The notes beneath the pieces were generated by a model. The model was given only the letters and a program-made list of their open reading frames with translations. It had not been told where the DNA came from and ran no database searches. A stretch of DNA of 64,000 nucleotides from Candidatus Latescibacterota bacterium (GTDB taxonomy: Bacteria; Latescibacterota; UBA2968; UBA8231), in assembly GCA_965203175.1 (NCBI GenBank), contig OZ241867.1, forward strand, positions 4,736,001 through 4,800,000, read 5' to 3'. The translations under genes and the position numbers were made by a program. Below are positions 1 to 9,150 of this stretch, piece by piece (positions within the stretch are counted from its first letter, which is position 1; every line of letters starts with the position of its first letter).

Positions 1-991
1 TCGGATACACGGTCTCTCCCGGAGCAAAACTCCGTTCCTTAGACGCAATGATGTGGATGGACGCCCCGGCCCAATCCACCCATAAAATCCACGCGGCCCC
101 AGCGTCCTCAACGACGCGCACCACCCCCGGCACATGCCCTCCTTCAGGCGCGATGTCTTCCGGCCGGATGCCGAGCAGCATCTCACCTGCCCCATTCAGC
201 GCTGGCATTCGCTCGGCTTCGTTCGGGCCAATCCACGCATCCCCGCGCCGCTGCACGCTGAGGATGTTGATCGCAGGTTGCCCCAATTGGCGCGCTACTA
301 CGGGCGAGACCGGCCGACGATAAATAACCTCTGGGCTGCCCTGCTGCAAAATCCGTCCCTCGGCCAGCACGGCGATGGAATCGCCCATGGACAGGGCCTC
401 GGCTTGGTCGTGGGTCACGTAGATCGCCGGGATGCCTAACTCCTGTCGCAACAGAGCCAGCTCTAGGCGGAGGGATTCCCGCAGCTTGGCATCCAAATTA
501 GTCAACGGCTCGTCAAAAAGAAACAGCCGCGGTCTCCGCACAATCGCCTGCCCAATGGCCACCCGCTGCATCTCCCCGCCCGACAGACGGGCCGCGGGCC
601 GATCGAGCAGCTGCTCAATTTTCAGCAGCTCAGCCGCCCAGCCGACGCGCTGGTCAATCTCGCCACGCGCAAGCTGCTGGCGCGGTGCCTTGAGCGGAAA
701 CTCTAAGTTGCGCCGCACGCTCCAGTCGGGATACAGGGCGAAGTGTTGGAAGACCAACGCAATGTCGCGGTCGGCCGGCGGCCAATGCGTCACCTCCTCG
801 CCGTCCATCTCGACCTGACCAGCGTCGGGCACGTCTAACCCGGCGACGATCCGCAGCAGCGTGGTCTTGCCCGCGCCAGTCGGCCCCAGCACCACCAGCA
901 TCTCGTCGGCCCCCAGCGACAGGTCAATGCCAGACAGAACCTCGGCCTTGCCAAAACGCCGCGTCACTCCTTTTAGCTGCAACCAGGACAT
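1..991 (-). CDS. Sugar ABC transporter ATP-binding subunit (MalK-like), 3' end outside window
   Basis: Not in ORF track because no stop lies in the window. ATG at 991 reads MSWLQLKGVTRRFGKAEVLSGIDL...GPTGAGKTT (Walker A), LSGGEMQR signature, FLFDEP; frame stays open to the window edge. Confidence 0.9.
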   Translation of the reverse strand, partial: MSWLQLKGVTRRFGKAEVLSGIDLSLGADEMLVVLGPTGAGKTTLLRIVAGLDVPDAGQVEMDGEEVTHWPPADRDIALVFQHFALYPDWSVRRNLEFPLKAPRQQLARGEIDQRVGWAAELLKIEQLLDRPAARLSGGEMQRVAIGQAIVRRPRLFLFDEPLTNLDAKLRESLRLELALLRQELGIPAIYVTHDQAEALSMGDSIAVLAEGRILQQGSPEVIYRRPVSPVVARQLGQPAINILSVQRRGDAWIGPNEAERMPALNGAGEMLLGIRPEDIAPEGGHVPGVVRVVEDAGAAWILWVDWAGASIHIIASKERSFAPGETVYP

Positions 992-992
992 C

Positions 993-2033
993 TTAAAGCC
1001 GCTTGCCACTTGTCGGGTCGAACAACAGCACCCGGGCAAAGTCCAAACCCAAAGATGCTCCCACGGCCACCCGCTCTCTATCAGCCACCCGTATGACCAG
1101 TCGACCACACTCAGCCTGTAGGTGGATGTAGCGGCACGCCCCTTGGTATTCATCGCGCACCACCTCGGCCCGCAGCCGACCTTTAGCATCCGGCCGCACG
1201 AACTCCGGTCGCACCCCCAGCGTCGCCGTCCCCGACCGCACCGACTCGGCCAACGGCCAGACCAACCCAAGCGCAACAAAGCAGTCCTCGCGAATTTCTC
1301 CAGTAATGAAATTCATGCTGGGGCTGCCGATAAAGTGGGCCACAAACAAGTCAGCCGGCTGGTCGTACACCAAGGCCGCAGCCCCACTCTGGCGAATCCG
1401 GCCCTCGTCCATGACCACCACTTGATCGGCCAAGCTCATGGCCTCCTCTTGGTCGTGGGTCACATACAAGGTGGCGATCCCCGCATCGAGCTGTTGGGCG
1501 CGGATCATCTCCCGCATCTCCAGCCGCAAATCCGCGTCGAGCGTGCCCAACGGCTCGTCCATCAGGTAGATCTGTGGCCGCCGCACCATCGCCCGCGCTA
1601 AAGCCACCCGCTGCTGATCACCGCCCGATAACTGCCGAGGATAGCGCCCGACCAACGCGCCTAGCCCCAACCGCTCGACAATGTCGGCCACCCGCTGCCG
1701 TCGCTCCCGCCGATTCAACCCCATGCTCTCCAGTGGAAAGCCGATGTTGTCCTCGACCTTCAGATGCGGATAAAGCGCGTAAAACTGAAACGCGAACCCC
1801 ACGTCTCGCTCGGCGGGCGAGCAGTCGGTGATGTCCGCACCGGCCAGCACGATCTGCCCAGCCGTGGGCTTTTCGAGGCCGGCGACCATCCGCAGCGTAG
1901 TCGTCTTGCCACATCCAGAAGGCCCCAACAGCACGGCGAACTCGCCCTCGCCACAGCGCAAATCAATGCCTTGGACGGCACGCGTGCCGTCGGCAAAGGT
2001 CTTGACCAAATCCCGGCACTCGAGAAAACTCAT
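993..2033 (-). CDS. Sugar ABC transporter ATP-binding subunit (MalK-like)
   Basis: GPSGCGKTT, LSGGDQQR, YLMDEP, VTHD; start trimmed to MSFLEC (ATGA overlap with upstream small ORF). Confidence 0.93.
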   Translation of the reverse strand: MSFLECRDLVKTFADGTRAVQGIDLRCGEGEFAVLLGPSGCGKTTTLRMVAGLEKPTAGQIVLAGADITDCSPAERDVGFAFQFYALYPHLKVEDNIGFPLESMGLNRRERRQRVADIVERLGLGALVGRYPRQLSGGDQQRVALARAMVRRPQIYLMDEPLGTLDADLRLEMREMIRAQQLDAGIATLYVTHDQEEAMSLADQVVVMDEGRIRQSGAAALVYDQPADLFVAHFIGSPSMNFITGEIREDCFVALGLVWPLAESVRSGTATLGVRPEFVRPDAKGRLRAEVVRDEYQGACRYIHLQAECGRLVIRVADRERVAVGASLGLDFARVLLFDPTSGKRL

Positions 2034-2194
2034 GGCTCTTCCATCTGCCGCCGCGACGTCACAACGTGCAACAGCGTGCTGAAAGCTGCAATAAAAAATC
2101 CATACTTCAGCCCCGTCCCCCAGAACGGTTGCAACATCAATCCCACTCCGGCGACCATGCCCACGCGAGCGCAGCGATCTAACCAGTGAATCAT
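2030..2194 (-). CDS. Small 54-aa two-TM membrane protein within ABC operon
   Basis: MIHWLDRCARVGMVAGVGLMLQPFWGTGLKYGFFIAAFSTLLHVVTSRRQMEEP; ATGA overlaps at both ends, exactly filling the permease-ATPase gap. Confidence 0.75.
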   Translation of the reverse strand: MIHWLDRCARVGMVAGVGLMLQPFWGTGLKYGFFIAAFSTLLHVVTSRRQMEEP

Positions 2195-3054
2195 CGCTTG
2201 ATCGTCCCAAAGGTGACGCCGCGCAACAGATGCTTGCGCACCAATACCGTGAAGACGATGATCGGCGCGACAAAAATCAGCATCCCCGCGCTGATCTGCG
2301 CCCACGGCAAGCCCGACACATTGCCCTGCAAACCAGCGAAGTAAACCGGCACTGTAACGGCCTTTTGGTTGTTGAGCGTCATGGCAAACCCGTACTCGTT
2401 CCACGCAGAGATCAAGCAGAACACCGCAGTTACCGCCATCCCGGGCACGGCCCGCGGCAGGACGACCAAGCGGAAGGCTTGGAAGCGAGTATAACCAGCC
2501 ACTAGCGCAGCCTCTTCGTACGCCGTGGGTATCTCGTCGATGAAGCCCTTCATCAGCCACACGGCCAGCGACATATTGAACGCCGTGTACAGCAGCACCA
2601 AGCCCATGTGGCTGTTCTGGAGATCGAATTCGCGATACATCATCAACACCGGCACCACCACGGCAAGGGGCGGCAAAAAGCGCGTCGAGAGAATGAAGAA
2701 CAGCCAGTCTCGTCCCCCGGGGATGTCAAAGCGGCTAAAGCCATAGGCCGCACAGGTGCCGATCAGCACCGAGCACAAGGTGCTGAGCAGACCAATGACC
2801 AAGCTGTTGCCCAAGTAGTGGAAAAAGGCGTGGTCCCCGCCGGCGTACACCGAGGCCAGTTGGCGATAACCGTCGAGATTGGCGCGGAAGTAAACTCCGT
2901 CGGCCGCGACTTCCTCGGCCCAAGTGGGTGCGAACTTTGGATGCACGGCAATGCTGTCGTCCCGCATCTTAAACGAGGTCAGCAAAAGCCATATCAGCGG
3001 CAGCATGGCCGCGCAAAAGTAGCCCCCGACAAAGGCGATGCGCAGCGCCTTCAC
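2191..3054 (-). CDS. Carbohydrate ABC transporter permease (MalG-like)
   Basis: EAA loop YEEAALVAG, AWNEYGFA, multiple TM segments; GTG start overlapping upstream stop (GTGA). Confidence 0.92.
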   Translation of the reverse strand: MKALRIAFVGGYFCAAMLPLIWLLLTSFKMRDDSIAVHPKFAPTWAEEVAADGVYFRANLDGYRQLASVYAGGDHAFFHYLGNSLVIGLLSTLCSVLIGTCAAYGFSRFDIPGGRDWLFFILSTRFLPPLAVVVPVLMMYREFDLQNSHMGLVLLYTAFNMSLAVWLMKGFIDEIPTAYEEAALVAGYTRFQAFRLVVLPRAVPGMAVTAVFCLISAWNEYGFAMTLNNQKAVTVPVYFAGLQGNVSGLPWAQISAGMLIFVAPIIVFTVLVRKHLLRGVTFGTIKR

Positions 3055-3947
3055 TGCGCCCCGGCCTCCTCGCGCCGCTGCACTGAACTCATGTAGCGCA
3101 CAAACACACTGGCCAGCGCGAGTACCAGTACCAGCACCACGTACGAATACGCCGCGCCCAACCCCACTTTGCCGTCGCGGAACACCACCTGATAGAGTAG
3201 AGCACTCACCGTTTGCGTTGCGGGGTCGTTGGGGCCGGTGATGGCTATAACCAAATCGAACTGCTTGATCGCGTCCGTGGCCCGCAGCAACACGGCCAGG
3301 CCCAAAAGCGGCGCACACAGAGGTAAGGTAATCCGGCGGAAGACCTTCCACCGCGAGGCCCGGTCAATGGCCGCAGCCTCGTACAGATAGCCAGGGATGG
3401 CATTGAGAGCCGCCAGTGCGATTAGCATCATAAACGGCGTCCACATCCACACGTCAACCAGCAAAATCGACAGCAGCTTGAGGTCGGGATCTGTAATCCA
3501 CTGAGGTTGACCCAGGCCTAGCGCGCCGAGGCATTGGTTGAGGATGCCGTAGTGCCCGTTGAGCACCAGCTTCCAAAAGAGCGCGATCACGGCCGGCGGC
3601 AACATCATCGGCACCAAAAGCGCGGTCAGTGCAAACGCCCGGCCGCTGAAGCGATCTTTGAGTGCCAGTGCCAAGGCAAAGCCCAAGACCAATTCCACGG
3701 CCACGGCCACGCAGACAAAAAGCGCGGTGGTTCGCAGCGCGGCCCCATATTTGGCAAACTTGAACGCCACGGCGTAGTTGAATCCCCCCACGAATTTCCA
3801 CGTCCCGCCGACCAAGTCCACATTGGTGAAACTGAGCGCGATGCTGTACAGCAATGGGAAGACGTTTATGCCAATGAGCAAAATGAGGGCCGGCCCCACG
3901 AACGCATACTGCGTCCAGTCGCGGCACCGGCCCATACTACCCTTCAC
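3051..3947 (-). CDS. Carbohydrate ABC transporter permease (MalF-like)
   Basis: DVWMWTPF, LYEAAAIDRAS, ITLP motifs; multiple TM segments. Confidence 0.93.
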   Translation of the reverse strand: MKGSMGRCRDWTQYAFVGPALILLIGINVFPLLYSIALSFTNVDLVGGTWKFVGGFNYAVAFKFAKYGAALRTTALFVCVAVAVELVLGFALALALKDRFSGRAFALTALLVPMMLPPAVIALFWKLVLNGHYGILNQCLGALGLGQPQWITDPDLKLLSILLVDVWMWTPFMMLIALAALNAIPGYLYEAAAIDRASRWKVFRRITLPLCAPLLGLAVLLRATDAIKQFDLVIAITGPNDPATQTVSALLYQVVFRDGKVGLGAAYSYVVLVLVLALASVFVRYMSSVQRREEAGAQ

Positions 3948-3955
3948 GCCACCTC

Positions 3956-5260
3956 CTATTCCATCTCTAGCAAGCCTGCTTCCATCAGAATCATCTCGTG
4001 CTCAGCGGCCAGCGCGTCGAGCGCATCGGCGCTCGCACTCGTGCCGTCGAGGGCTGCGCCCAAGTGTCGCACGGCCGAGGCTAACAGTTCGTTGTACACT
4101 GGCACGTTCCAAAAGTCCTGCAAGTAATCCAGCGACGCGGCAAACACGGCGTTGTACGGCGCGGCCGCGGCAAACTCCTCACTCGCTAGCAACTCGGTAT
4201 TAGCCGTGAACGAGCCAGGATAGGATATCCATTTCTCTTGTATAGAGGTCTGGGAAAACCAAGCGATAAACTGCTTGGCCCATTCCTGCTTTTGCGGCGT
4301 AGTCTTGGTCGAAATGCTAAAGCCCTGTCCGCCCAGCGAGATAACGCGCTGGTCGCCGTGGCGCGGCACCATGAAGAAGCCAACTTGGTCGCCCATGCTG
4401 GCGACGATGCCCGGATAGAACGGGAAGTAGTCCAAGACCATGGCCGTGGAGCCGTTGGAGAACGCCTCTAAGTTGAAGAAGTAATCGGCATTCGTGCCGC
4501 CTTCGGGCGTGAATTGCAGCAGGGACTTGAAAAACTCCAGCCCCGCCACGGCCCCCTCGGTGTTGAGGTGCCCCTGCACCTTGTAGCTCTGCGGGTCGCC
4601 CCAAGCGCCGCCCCAAGCCCAGAGAAAGGGCTGAAAGCCCATGACGATAGAATCGTAGCCCCGGCCCGTCAGCAACGAGCAGCCATAGCGCTTTTGCTCC
4701 GGGCGATGGAAAAACTCGGCCACGGCGCGAAATTCCTCCCACGTGTCAGGCGCGGCCAGCGGGCGGCCATAGCGAGCGGCAAACGCCTCCTGCTCGGCTG
4801 GATCTGTAAACCAGTCGCGGCGATAGACAAAGCCAATGGCATCCGTCTGGCAAGGCGCGGCGAAAAACCGGCTGCTGCCCGGCGGGTATTCGCACAAATA
4901 GCGCGCGGCGCGCGGATGGATCGCGCCCACATCAACGGCCTCGGTCAGCCAATCGGTCAGCTCCAGATACAGCCCCTTGGTCGCGCCGCGGCCAATCCAC
5001 TGACTGTCGCCGACGACGATGTCGAAGTCGGTCTGCTTGTTGCCGAAATTGAGAAAGACTTGGTCCTGATAAGCGGGCCAGGGAATCTGGTACACCTCGA
5101 CGGCAATCCCGGTCTCTTCGGCGAACTCGTGGCCTAGCTCTTGTAGCGCCGCGGCCGGATCCCATTGCGCCCACCAGATGGTGATCTTTTTGTCTTCGGC
5201 ATGGCCCGTTTGCACCGCTAGCAGCAGAATCGCCGCCAGCCCGAACATCCGCAGTCTCAT
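3956..5260 (-). CDS. Sugar ABC transporter substrate-binding protein
   Basis: Signal peptide MRLRMFGLAAILLLAVQTGHA after AGGAGGAG RBS; SBP family 1 features (YRRDWF, APDTWEEF); first gene of operon. Confidence 0.92.
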   Translation of the reverse strand: MRLRMFGLAAILLLAVQTGHAEDKKITIWWAQWDPAAALQELGHEFAEETGIAVEVYQIPWPAYQDQVFLNFGNKQTDFDIVVGDSQWIGRGATKGLYLELTDWLTEAVDVGAIHPRAARYLCEYPPGSSRFFAAPCQTDAIGFVYRRDWFTDPAEQEAFAARYGRPLAAPDTWEEFRAVAEFFHRPEQKRYGCSLLTGRGYDSIVMGFQPFLWAWGGAWGDPQSYKVQGHLNTEGAVAGLEFFKSLLQFTPEGGTNADYFFNLEAFSNGSTAMVLDYFPFYPGIVASMGDQVGFFMVPRHGDQRVISLGGQGFSISTKTTPQKQEWAKQFIAWFSQTSIQEKWISYPGSFTANTELLASEEFAAAAPYNAVFAASLDYLQDFWNVPVYNELLASAVRHLGAALDGTSASADALDALAAEHEMILMEAGLLEME

Positions 5261-5394
5261 ACAATCTCCTCCTCTTAGAAGCATTTTTTAACGTCGACAC
5301 AAGCGTACTTACCGCACCCTGAGTACGTCGTAGGCCGCTTGATGAATGCGCCCGACAATATCCAACTGATTGGATCGGCGTGCAATGGCCACCG

Positions 5395-6222
5395 CTAGGT
5401 CCCTGCAAAGCTCCACACCTGCAGAGCCGTGCGGTGGAAAAGCCACGCCTTGTCGTCGTCGGTGAGGAAATCGACGTGATCGCGGAACATCTCCAGGGCC
5501 GGGCCGTACCCCACCTCTTTCATTACGCCGGGGAAATTGGTCCCCCACATCAGCCGTTGCGGCCCAAAGGCGTCGTAGATGCGGCGGAAGGCGGGAAATG
5601 TATCCGCGTGCGGAAAGGGCAACTCGGACTTGTGCGCCTGCGGCGTGAATTTCACGTACACCTTGGGAAAGCGCGCCAAGTCGAGCACGTGGCTCAACAG
5701 CGGAAAGGGCGCTTCCTCATTAGTCGGCGCTCCGCCGATGTGGTCCAACACCACTGGCACCTCGGGAAAGCGGCCGATGATGGGCTCCAGGTGGGGCAGA
5801 TTAGCCGCCGGGCCGTGGACGATAAAACAAGTGCCCAACTCCTCTGACCGCCGCCACAGCGGATCCTGGTCGGGGGCGGCCCATTCCGAAGGGTGGTCGA
5901 GCCGCGACGAGTGAATGCGCAAGCCGCCAAAACCGTCCTCGCGCACTAGCTTTTCCAGCCGGTCAACCGCATCCGGAGCCTTGGGATCGACCAAGCCAAT
6001 GGCGGCAAAGCGGCCCGGAAAGCGGCGCAGACAGTCGGCCACGTACCGGTTGTCGAACAAATAGTAAATCGGCTGCACAATGACCGCTTTGTCGACCCCA
6101 ACCTCGTCCATGGTCTGGTTGAGCAATTCCACGGATCCACCGCCTACCTGAGTCCGGCCCTCGGCAAAGGGATAGCGCTCCGCGTCGTCGCTCCACACGT
6201 GCAGATGAGTGTCAATGATCAC
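5395..6222 (-). CDS. Amidohydrolase_2 family protein (sugar-lactonase-like)
   Basis: IIDTHLHVW, VVLDHIG, RLMWGTNFP. Confidence 0.88.
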   Translation of the reverse strand: MIIDTHLHVWSDDAERYPFAEGRTQVGGGSVELLNQTMDEVGVDKAVIVQPIYYLFDNRYVADCLRRFPGRFAAIGLVDPKAPDAVDRLEKLVREDGFGGLRIHSSRLDHPSEWAAPDQDPLWRRSEELGTCFIVHGPAANLPHLEPIIGRFPEVPVVLDHIGGAPTNEEAPFPLLSHVLDLARFPKVYVKFTPQAHKSELPFPHADTFPAFRRIYDAFGPQRLMWGTNFPGVMKEVGYGPALEMFRDHVDFLTDDDKAWLFHRTALQVWSFAGT

Positions 6223-6262
6223 GAGTCCCTCCTAATGTGAAAACTGAATCGCATGGCCCACA

Positions 6263-7180
6263 CTAACTGCCATTGTCCACCACGCACTCGGGGGCCAACG
6301 CCCCCACGGCTAGGCGGGTAACCTCGGCAATCGCCTCGGCAGCGGCGGGCCCGTCGCTGCGAGCCAAGGCAAAGGCCACCGCGACCAAAGGGCCGCCTGG
6401 CAAAAACACAAGGCCAGCATCCCCTTTGATGATGCCGCTAGAGCCGTACTTGTGTGCTACCACCACATCCGGCTGCAGATAGCGCCGGATCATGCGGGTA
6501 TCCCGACCGGTTTTGAGCAGCTCGATCATGGCTTTGGAGGCCACCGCACTGACGACCTGTCCGCGATATATAGCAGCTAATAAAGAAGCCAACTCGCCGG
6601 GAGCGGCCACGTTGTTTTCCAGCGAATCCCCAAAGGATACGCTGCCGTAGTCGAGTCCCTGAGTGTTGATCCGCTCCCTGTACACTGCATCGTTGGCCTG
6701 ATTGGTGGGCATTTCGTCCATCCCCACCATGCGGTAGTGATAGCGGCCCATGGTCGCGGCTGCCCGCACATTGGCACAGCCCAGTCGGTCGAGGGTGGCG
6801 TTAATCTGGTCCAGACCCAGTAGCCCCATGAGGAAATCAGTGGCAATGTTGTCGCTGATGCCCATCATCAGGCGGGCGTAGTCGCGCAAGGTCAACTCGG
6901 GCTCGTCTTGGGCAATTTGCAACACCCCCGAGCCGTGCGTTGAAATATCGCCCCGCAACCGGTGCCGGTCGTCCAGCGACAGCCGTCCTGCCTCGGCTTG
7001 GTGGAACAACTCGACCAATACGGCAATTTTGATGACCGAGGCCGTAGGAAAGCGCTCGTCGGCTCTGTACTGATGCACTTGGCCAATAGCCAAATCTTCT
7101 ATATACCAGCCTATGCGGCCGTCAAAGGCCGTGGCTACCTGGCGTAGGGCCGCATCGGGGAAAACGTCCATTCTCGTCAA
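6263..7180 (-). CDS. Class A beta-lactamase-like serine hydrolase
   Basis: FPTASVIK (SxxK), SDN, HKYG in place of KTG; no signal peptide; start may be MDVFPD at 7171. Confidence 0.85.
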   Translation of the reverse strand: MTRMDVFPDAALRQVATAFDGRIGWYIEDLAIGQVHQYRADERFPTASVIKIAVLVELFHQAEAGRLSLDDRHRLRGDISTHGSGVLQIAQDEPELTLRDYARLMMGISDNIATDFLMGLLGLDQINATLDRLGCANVRAAATMGRYHYRMVGMDEMPTNQANDAVYRERINTQGLDYGSVSFGDSLENNVAAPGELASLLAAIYRGQVVSAVASKAMIELLKTGRDTRMIRRYLQPDVVVAHKYGSSGIIKGDAGLVFLPGGPLVAVAFALARSDGPAAAEAIAEVTRLAVGALAPECVVDNGS

Positions 7181-8322
7181 CGCGCTTCGGCTTTAATCTG
7201 TCCCCACGACTTCGATTCGACATTCGTCATCGTCACTCCAATGGGGTACCATGCGGGAGAACCGTCTCCCGCCGGATGATTGGTTATGTTGATCGGGTTG
7301 GTCCCGTCCGCGTTCATTACAAAGATATCCCCATTGTCATCGCGGGTTGAGGTAAAGGCAATTTGGGTTCCGTCTGGCGACCAAACCGGAGACCCATCCT
7401 CGGCTGGGTGGTTGGTCACATTGAGGGGATCCGCAGTCCCTGTAATCACCTCCCCTTTCAGGAACGGTAAGAGTTTATTGTAGTCCTCTGCGCTTACTTC
7501 TGTCCCATCCTTGCGAAAATAGCGCCGTTCCCTTGTCTCTGGATCAATTACGTAAATCTCATTATCGCCCGAGCGATTGGAAGTAAAGGCGATTTGTCGT
7601 CCGTCCGGAGACCAAGAAGGTGAGATGTCGTCTGCCGGATGATCCGTCAATTGGATGAGATCTGCTCCCAACGCAATTACCTGACCTTTTAACATAGATG
7701 GGAGCTTATTGTAGCCCTCTTCGCTTACTTCTTTCCCATCCTTGCGAGAATAGCGCCACTCTTCGACCTCAGTATTCATCATATAAATCTCATTATTGCC
7801 CGAGCGATTGGAAGTAAAGGCAATCCGACGTTCGTCCGGAGACCACACAGGGTTCGCATCATCAGCCGGATGGTAGGTCCTATTCACCAACTCCGTTCCA
7901 TCCGCATTGATCACAAAAATTTCATCATTGCCGAAGTGTCGTGACGTGAAGGCGATTTGGCGTCCATCCGGCGACCACGCCGGCGCTCCGTTCCCAACGA
8001 GATGATCCGTCAATCTAACGAGGCCGGTCCCATCCGCATTCATCACAAATATCTGCCGGGCACCTATTCGGTTTGTTATAAAGGCTATCCTCGTTCCATC
8101 GGGGGACCAAGCAAGGCTAGTGACTTCCGTCACAGGTGCAATCTGCACCCAAGCATCCGTAGTGAGTCGGACTAGGTCGGTCCCATCTGCATCCATCACA
8201 TAGATCTCAGGCGTGCCGTCGCGGTCTGATCCAAAAAGAATCCTATTCGTCGCTTGGCCGTAAACAGAATTAGCCAATAGCAGCATAGAGACCACACTGA
8301 ACAACAAGCTCATTAAACGCAT
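7177..8322 (-). CDS. Secreted TolB-like PD40 beta-propeller protein with C-terminal SWGQIK motif
   Basis: Signal peptide; about 6 repeats of PxWSPDGxxIAFxSxRxGxxEIYVMNADG; lower GC than neighbours. Confidence 0.9.
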   Translation of the reverse strand: MRLMSLLFSVVSMLLLANSVYGQATNRILFGSDRDGTPEIYVMDADGTDLVRLTTDAWVQIAPVTEVTSLAWSPDGTRIAFITNRIGARQIFVMNADGTGLVRLTDHLVGNGAPAWSPDGRQIAFTSRHFGNDEIFVINADGTELVNRTYHPADDANPVWSPDERRIAFTSNRSGNNEIYMMNTEVEEWRYSRKDGKEVSEEGYNKLPSMLKGQVIALGADLIQLTDHPADDISPSWSPDGRQIAFTSNRSGDNEIYVIDPETRERRYFRKDGTEVSAEDYNKLLPFLKGEVITGTADPLNVTNHPAEDGSPVWSPDGTQIAFTSTRDDNGDIFVMNADGTNPINITNHPAGDGSPAWYPIGVTMTNVESKSWGQIKAEAR

Positions 8323-8415
8323 GGCAAACCTCCTTCTTGGAATAGGTTACAAGATAATCGCGCTGTCTCCAGCGGCAAGGCGATGAGGCGTTCCTACTTT
8401 GGCTATCCTCCGCGC

Positions 8416-9111
8416 CTAGCATCTCCCATTCTCATCGGCGTGTAGCTTGTCCAGCACCTGCCACTGTTGACGCTGGCGGCTTTCGGCCGAGTCGAAGACC
8501 TCGCGCACGAAATGGTCGCGGCTTTTGCCACCGGCCAGTTCGGCCAAGCGGTTTTGCAAGTCATCGGACGAGGGATCGCGGTCGAGCGCCGCGCGGTAGA
8601 CTCCCCGCACGAAATCCTCCTCAGCCGTTTCGTCTAGCAAGTCTTGAGCCTCATAGGCGAAGGTCTTGACGGTATGGGCTAAAGAGGCAGCCAACCAGGC
8701 CTTGTGCTCTGCAAACGGACCCAAAGTAGCGTACAACTCGACGCACAGTTCCGAATCACCAGCCACCTGCTGAGCTTCTTCAGCAGGCTTGCCTTCAGAC
8801 CAAGCTTGCAGAGTTTGCACATACGTCTTGGCCCGACTCCGGCGCTGGTCGTCCATTTCCCAAGCCCGGGTGAGCACATCGACGGCCGGCTGGCCCGAAT
8901 AGGTGCCCTCGCCGATGGCGCGGACGATCAGGTCGAGGTTGTCAAAGGCACAGTAGTGGGTCAGCGAGTCGAAGCGCGAGATCAGGGCGCGGATGTGGCG
9001 CACCGCGTCGGGCAACTCCTCCAGTGGGGCGACTTGGGCGTCGATGCGCTGCATAGCCTCATCGGGTTCGTCGTGGTGGTGCAGAATATTGCGCCAGTGG
9101 GAATCAGGCAT
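8416..9111 (-). CDS. Hypothetical protein with C-terminal DUF4214-like domain
   Basis: FVRGVYRAALDRDPS...LAGGKSRDHFVREVFDSAE resembles the DUF4214 pattern; AGGAG RBS. Confidence 0.7.
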   Translation of the reverse strand: MPDSHWRNILHHHDEPDEAMQRIDAQVAPLEELPDAVRHIRALISRFDSLTHYCAFDNLDLIVRAIGEGTYSGQPAVDVLTRAWEMDDQRRSRAKTYVQTLQAWSEGKPAEEAQQVAGDSELCVELYATLGPFAEHKAWLAASLAHTVKTFAYEAQDLLDETAEEDFVRGVYRAALDRDPSSDDLQNRLAELAGGKSRDHFVREVFDSAESRQRQQWQVLDKLHADENGRC

Positions 9112-9150
9112 GATGTCTCCTGTCGAGTTAGGTATTGAGCAGATTGCGTG

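Noticed and set aside
7168-8436. GA[C/T]GAGAATGG on both sides of the PD40 gene as a fifth flanking repeat
   Set aside because: Only 10/11 bp; suggestive but within chance expectation.
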